Source: a virus
Length of the DNA stretch: 42,182 nucleotides
Direction: 5' to 3' (one strand)
Virus record (IMG/VR): IMGVR_UViG_3300028602_000033
Coordinates: 1 to 42,182 of that record
Shown: positions 37,529-42,182 of the stretch, one piece after another
How the letters are laid out: every line of letters starts with the position of its first letter
Position numbering within the stretch: the first letter of the stretch is position 1
Notes under the pieces: model-generated
The model's input: only the letters and a program-made list of their open reading frames with translations
What the model was told of the DNA's origin: nothing
Database searches by the model: none
Program-made: the position numbers and the translations under genes

Positions 37529-38890
37529 ATGAACAGTTTAAGTCTTACCGATTCCTATAAAGCTAGTCATTTCCTACTATACCCGCCAAATACCACAGAA
37601 ATCTCAGGGTATTTTGAAGCTAGAGCAAGCTCAAAGTTCGATCATATTTCGTTCTTTGGGTTACAATACTATATTAAAAATAAATTGTTGCCTTTTATAG
37701 AAAACATGGATATAGAAGAGGCAGAGCGAACATGGAATAAGCACGGTTTACCGTTTAATAGAAAAGGATTTGAAGCTCTGAAAGAACTTGGATACTTACC
37801 TATAGAAATTCAGGCAGTACCTGAAGGTATGTATATACCAAAAGATAACGTTCTTTTACAGATGAAAAATACACATCCAGATTTCGCATGGTTAGTTACA
37901 TGGCTTGAAACATCTTTAGTACAACTCTGGTATCCATGTACTGTTGCAAGCTTGTCTAAAAAATGCAAGATTATGATGAAAAAGTACCTTGAGGAAACTG
38001 GCTGCGAAAATATCGAGTCCGTACTTCTGTTCATGCTACACGATTTCGGATGTAGAGGAGCTTCTTCTATGGAATCAGCTAGTATAGGTGGAGCAGCGCA
38101 CCTCACTAATTTTATGGGTACAGATACGTTTATAGCGCTGGATTTACTACGTGAATATTATAATATGGATATGGCTGGTTATTCTATTCCAGCTATGGAA
38201 CATTCCACTGTAATTGCTTGGGAAAACGAAGATGATTCATATCAAAATATATTAGATATGTATTTGAAAGAAAACGCTATATTAGCTTGTGTATCCGATT
38301 CAACTGACTTTAAAAGAGTTAACAGCAATTGGGGCACTCGGTTCAAGCAGCAGATAGAAACTTCCGGTGGACGCGTTGTTGTTCGGCACGATTCTGGTTC
38401 GCCTCTGTATAACTCTATAGATGCTATTAGAACGTTGATGGATAATTTTGGTTCCACAATCAATACTAAAGGATATAAAGTGTTACCGAACTATATCAGA
38501 TTTATATGGGGAGATGGTGCTGATTATGCTATAATCGATCAGACATTACATGCACTAATTGGTTTTGACATAGCCTCTGAAAATATTGTTTTCGGCATGG
38601 GAGGAGCACTTTTACAAAGAGTTGATCGAGATACTTGCTCGTTCGCTTTTAAAATAAACGAAGTTGTTCAGAATAATACAAGACGTGCTGTATATAAGCA
38701 CCCTGTAACTGGAAAAGGTAAAGCGTCAAAACCTGGAAGACAAGCCCTAATATTCGAAAATGGACAGTATAGAACTATACCTGAAATAGAACTACATGGT
38801 AGAGAAAATATACTTAGAACAGTATTTAAAGATGGAAACCTACTTATTGATGAAACCTTTGAAACTATAAGAAAAAGAGCAGACGTATAA
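37529..38890 (+). CDS. nadV: Nicotinamide phosphoribosyltransferase (NAMPT)
   Basis: TDSYKASH, HDFG.RG, SIPAMEHS, VSDS, R.DSG, GDG and FGMGGALLQ.V.RDT motifs. Confidence 0.9.
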   Translation: MNSLSLTDSYKASHFLLYPPNTTEISGYFEARASSKFDHISFFGLQYYIKNKLLPFIENMDIEEAERTWNKHGLPFNRKGFEALKELGYLPIEIQAVPEGMYIPKDNVLLQMKNTHPDFAWLVTWLETSLVQLWYPCTVASLSKKCKIMMKKYLEETGCENIESVLLFMLHDFGCRGASSMESASIGGAAHLTNFMGTDTFIALDLLREYYNMDMAGYSIPAMEHSTVIAWENEDDSYQNILDMYLKENAILACVSDSTDFKRVNSNWGTRFKQQIETSGGRVVVRHDSGSPLYNSIDAIRTLMDNFGSTINTKGYKVLPNYIRFIWGDGADYAIIDQTLHALIGFDIASENIVFGMGGALLQRVDRDTCSFAFKINEVVQNNTRRAVYKHPVTGKGKASKPGRQALIFENGQYRTIPEIELHGRENILRTVFKDGNLLIDETFETIRKRADV

Positions 38891-38910
38891 ATAATAAAGG
38901 AGAAATATAA

Positions 38911-39258
38911 ATGCCCAAAAGAAACGTAATATCAGACGCAGATTCGAGAAACATCAAGCCACTTGACATTGTAATTACACCAAAAGGTGCTTATGCTTAC
39001 GTAGAAGAAGTAAATATACCAAGCAATAAAGATGAATACCCAGAAGTTAGCATTGGTTACTTCGGAAAATACGTTGGTGATAACTCTATGTACGGAGAAC
39101 ATAACGCATGGTGGAATGCTAGAGATTTAGTAATAATCGACAATTTTGCATCAATTTTCGCAAGATCTATGTGTCATCCATTTGGTAGTGGTAAATCGCC
39201 AGCTTTAACTGCATATCCACGACCTAATATTGAGCGTACAGATAAGGAACGAAATTAA
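38911..39258 (+). CDS. Hypothetical protein
   Basis: AAGGAG SD; 115 aa. Confidence 0.7.
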   Translation: MPKRNVISDADSRNIKPLDIVITPKGAYAYVEEVNIPSNKDEYPEVSIGYFGKYVGDNSMYGEHNAWWNARDLVIIDNFASIFARSMCHPFGSGKSPALTAYPRPNIERTDKERN

Positions 39259-39283
39259 TAAACGAAAAATATAGGATGATAAT

Positions 39284-39469
39284 ATGAGCAACTTATCTAT
39301 AAAAGATTCACCATTGCATAAACCGGCTGAATGTGAGTATTACATACTATGTGAGTCTCAATATGGGACTCAGCAATGTTCGATGAAGAGAGCAGACTGT
39401 CTGAAATGTAACAGGAGACTATCCTACGTCAATGAAAACGCCGGAACTGAAAGGCACTTTACGGAATGA
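39284..39469 (+). CDS. Small Cys-rich protein
   Basis: AGGATGA SD; 5 Cys. Confidence 0.55.
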   Translation: MSNLSIKDSPLHKPAECEYYILCESQYGTQQCSMKRADCLKCNRRLSYVNENAGTERHFTE

Positions 39470-39513
39470 AATAACTGTGGGCACACGATATTGTGGGTAA
39501 AAGGTGATAACAA

Positions 39514-39663
39514 TTGGAACTCGATAAATTTGAAGTTTTAGCTCAAGCTATTTATATACTGTTGTTGGTACACTACGCAACTAGTCGTAAAGAGCCAAGC
39601 TTAATCGAAATGTGTGTGGTTCTATACACGCTAATAATATTTTTATATGCTATTTGGATATAA
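39514..39663 (+). CDS. 49-aa two-TM membrane protein
   Basis: AAGGTGA SD then TTG; MELDKFEVLAQAIYILLLVHY...VVLYTLIIFLYAIWI. Confidence 0.5.
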   Translation: MELDKFEVLAQAIYILLLVHYATSRKEPSLIEMCVVLYTLIIFLYAIWI

Positions 39664-39867
39664 ATAATACAGAGGAATCTCGTATATAATACAATATTAA
39701 TACTTTTAATTCTCCCATTCTTATTTTTCCCATGTGTCACAGGCACTGTGCCTCCTAGCTATAGGAATATAGTTTCAATCACTATATGTGACAGCACGAC
39801 AAATCGGATTTCATCCGATGTATAGAACAACACAAGAAACACAACAATCCTATAGGAGAAATATAAC

Positions 39868-40482
39868 ATGACAGAAATTGTAAACGCAGAAATGGGTATC
39901 GCAGAAGAAAACAAGAAGTGCATCAAAGTAGGAGCACTCAAATCCTCAAACGCAAAATTTGTAACCATCGATAAGACTAAAATATACCTCATCGCAGATA
40001 TAATCGAAATGGCTGGATTTGCAGTCCCAGAATCTGTTCGCACAAATGCCGGACCGATTGACTCTACTGCAATACTGCCAGAAAACTGCAGTATAATTGC
40101 ACTAGGCATCACCAATGTGAAAGCTGGCTGGTACAACTATGAAGATGAAGATGATGAATACTACGATGGGGATGAGGATGAGGAAGATGAAGATGAAGAT
40201 GAAGATGATGAACCAACCATCGTATCTTCACCTGTAAATGAAGAAGTTCCATGTGAATTCAGAAGGTGTATCAAAGTAGGAGCACTTAAATCCTCCAACT
40301 CTGTAACAATCACTATCGACAAGCGTAAAATCTACACCGTAGCTCAGGTAATTGAAGCTGCAGGATTCGACGTGCCAGAGTCAGTAAGAACCGACGCAGG
40401 TCTGATTGAGGCGAGTGCCCTCCTGCCTGAACGCGCTAAAATCATTGCTCTAGGTATTACTAAAGTAAAGGCTGGACTTTAA
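39868..40482 (+). CDS. Tandem ubiquitin-like (beta-grasp) precursor with acidic linker
   Basis: Two highly similar ~70-aa repeats (CIKVGALKSSN...EAAGFDVPESVRT.AG...IIALGIT.VKAG), ending VKAG-W and VKAG-L. Confidence 0.75.
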   Translation: MTEIVNAEMGIAEENKKCIKVGALKSSNAKFVTIDKTKIYLIADIIEMAGFAVPESVRTNAGPIDSTAILPENCSIIALGITNVKAGWYNYEDEDDEYYDGDEDEEDEDEDEDDEPTIVSSPVNEEVPCEFRRCIKVGALKSSNSVTITIDKRKIYTVAQVIEAAGFDVPESVRTDAGLIEASALLPERAKIIALGITKVKAGL

Positions 40483-40485
40483 TTG

Positions 40486-40510
40486 AAGTGGTGACTTTCA
40501 CCACTTTTTT
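40486..40510 (+). terminator. Hairpin terminator/attenuator between Ubl and E2-like genes
   Basis: AAGTGGTGA-ctt-TCACCACTT followed by TTTT. Confidence 0.65.
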
Positions 40511-40528
40511 AATTTAATAGGAGGAATT

Positions 40529-41560
40529 ATGCGAGATAATATAAAGATAGAGATGATAAAATCAGATTTAAATAAACTATGTCCACCTGAAAATCCACAA
40601 ACAAACTTCGAAGACCTTCTAGAAATATTAGAAGAAGATCCACGTATTAAAAGAGTATCAGCGACAGGAGATATGCTAGAAATATACACAGCTCCTATTA
40701 TTATAAATCAAGATGAAGTGCATGTAAAACCTAGTCTATGCCGTATAACCGCGGATCGACATAAAAAACTCAATTTCGGAGAATTTCTAATTCTAATAAA
40801 GCCAGGTTTTATACCTACGGCTATACCTTATAACGTTAGTGAATATAACGTGCCACCCATGTATAGACGATATGTTATGAATACATATAACGATGAAGAA
40901 ATGGAGAAAGGATTTAGTGTTGACTCCTGTAACAGTTCGCTTGGTCTGTATGCTTTACAAGTATATGGTTGGTATACAGCGCCAGTTGGCAAAGCTCTCG
41001 GATGTGGAAAAATTGAAAATAACTACCGATCGCATAACACATATACAATTTTAACTCCGCATCCACATGTCGATTCGGTAGGACATATATGTTACGGCAA
41101 CATAGGATCTATGATATATGAGGCGTATGAAGCTCATGAAATTGGATTTATCATAGAGTTAACATTAGAAGTTCTTTTCAGCTATTCTGATGAAAATCCA
41201 TACTATGAACTATGGAAACCAGATCCATGTGCCGCCTGTCCAGATGCGAATACAAGTATATGCAATACATGTGGGTGTTATTCATGCGACAATCACGAAC
41301 GATGTTTAAAATGTCATAATTTTAGAAGTATATCATTAAGTACACTTAAACGTATGAGTATCACTATAGAAAAAGTACGAGCAGCTGACTTAAATATACC
41401 GCACGGGGAGCGTATTAGTGTATTTAAAGAGAAATTGAATGCCTTTATAGAAGAATATATGGATAATGACGGGTATCTATCGAAGGAAGATCTTCTATAT
41501 GCACTAGAAAACGGAAATGCAGATGATATTCTACGTGACGACTTTGATCCTTATGTATGA
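40529..41560 (+). CDS. Prokaryotic E2/UBC-like protein with C-terminal Cys cluster
   Basis: HPHVDSVGHIC matches the UBC HPxV...GxIC active-site motif (Cys codon 41090-41092); 8-Cys cluster follows; lies between Ubl and JAB genes. Confidence 0.7.
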   Translation: MRDNIKIEMIKSDLNKLCPPENPQTNFEDLLEILEEDPRIKRVSATGDMLEIYTAPIIINQDEVHVKPSLCRITADRHKKLNFGEFLILIKPGFIPTAIPYNVSEYNVPPMYRRYVMNTYNDEEMEKGFSVDSCNSSLGLYALQVYGWYTAPVGKALGCGKIENNYRSHNTYTILTPHPHVDSVGHICYGNIGSMIYEAYEAHEIGFIIELTLEVLFSYSDENPYYELWKPDPCAACPDANTSICNTCGCYSCDNHERCLKCHNFRSISLSTLKRMSITIEKVRAADLNIPHGERISVFKEKLNAFIEEYMDNDGYLSKEDLLYALENGNADDILRDDFDPYV

Positions 41561-41569
41561 GGTGGACCC

Positions 41570-42182
41570 ATGTTGATAAATCTTTCACAACTAAGTATGC
41601 TTAAATTACTTGCTCTGAGTAAAGCATCCGGTTCGGATGAGATAGGAGGTATAATGATTGGATATGTGGATTCTGATCAAATTGTTGTAACTGATATAAC
41701 AGTACCAAAGCAGGAAGTTACAGCTGCTTCTATAAGTTTTGATGACACATCTCTTAATGATCAGATAAGCGAACTATTTTTTGCAGAATCTGATTCATAT
41801 CTAGTTGGTTGGTGGCATACGCACGGAGATACGAAAGTTTTCTGGTCATCCACAGACCAGAACGACGGAATCAATAAATTCTTAAAACCACTAATTGAAA
41901 ATAAAGATACGCCTATCAATGATAAATGGCTTGCTTCTATTGTAGCCAACTCACATGGAGATATTTTAGGGCGTATTGATTATTACAGTGAAACCCCATT
42001 TGGTAGCCATATAAATACACTAAATGATGTACCTGTAGTTTGTTTACCCCAAGTAACTGAAGCACATATTTCTGCCGCTAAAAAGGAAATTAAAGCTAAA
42101 GTTACTAAACCTAAATACACAAGCACATATAAAAAGGGAAAATGGTGTGGTAAAGGTGCTTATAAATATATGTGGAGTTATT
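41570..42182 (+). CDS. JAB/MPN+ metalloprotease (3' end outside the window)
   Basis: ATG 41570 after a GAGGTG SD; EIGG, then HTHGDTKVFWSSTD = exact JAMM HxHx7Sx2D; absent from the ORF track because it is open-ended. Confidence 0.9.
   Translation, partial: MLINLSQLSMLKLLALSKASGSDEIGGIMIGYVDSDQIVVTDITVPKQEVTAASISFDDTSLNDQISELFFAESDSYLVGWWHTHGDTKVFWSSTDQNDGINKFLKPLIENKDTPINDKWLASIVANSHGDILGRIDYYSETPFGSHINTLNDVPVVCLPQVTEAHISAAKKEIKAKVTKPKYTSTYKKGKWCGKGAYKYMWSY

Larger units (their letters stand above)
1..42182. mobile_element. Fragment of an archaeal head-tail virus (myovirus-type Caudoviricetes); probable Methanosarcinaceae host; free virus versus provirus cannot be decided
   Basis: Complete ordered terL-portal-protease-MCP-neck-sheath-tube-TMP-baseplate-fibre block on the minus strand, divergent small-gene block on the plus strand, archaeal promoters and SD sites, no host housekeeping genes and no integrase in the window. 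Confidence 0.93.

Noticed and set aside
1-42182. Integrase/att sites, tRNA or rRNA genes, IS elements
   Set aside because: No recognisable motifs or cloverleaf structures were found by eye; provirus status cannot be judged from this window.

Overview
The whole window is a fragment of a tailed archaeal virus genome with myovirus morphology (contractile tail). The host is most likely Methanosarcinaceae. This rests on archaeal BRE/TATA promoters, GGTGA-type Shine-Dalgarno sites, a disaggregatase-like tail-spike motif, and no gene ending in TAG. Positions 1-28.7 kb are a minus-strand morphogenesis block: LamG protein, small and large terminase, portal, prohead protease/scaffold, major capsid protein, neck, sheath, tube, frameshifted tail chaperone, tape measure, baseplate and fibre/spike genes. 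Positions 28.75-30.7 kb are an AT-rich, repeat-containing, largely non-coding switch region. Positions 30.7-42.2 kb are a plus-strand early or host-takeover block. The most striking elements there are: (i) an RlmN/Cfr-like radical SAM enzyme split so that the methyl-carrier 'AACGQL' cysteine sits on a separate 40-aa peptide, with the resolving cysteine missing; (ii) a ubiquitin-like operon (tandem Ubl precursor, E2-like protein, JAB protease; E1 not visible before the window edge); (iii) NAMPT; and (iv) a nuclease cassette flanked by two copies of a 52-bp promoter-like repeat. Several genes appear to lack canonical start codons. All protein calls come from motif recognition by eye; no database searches were run.
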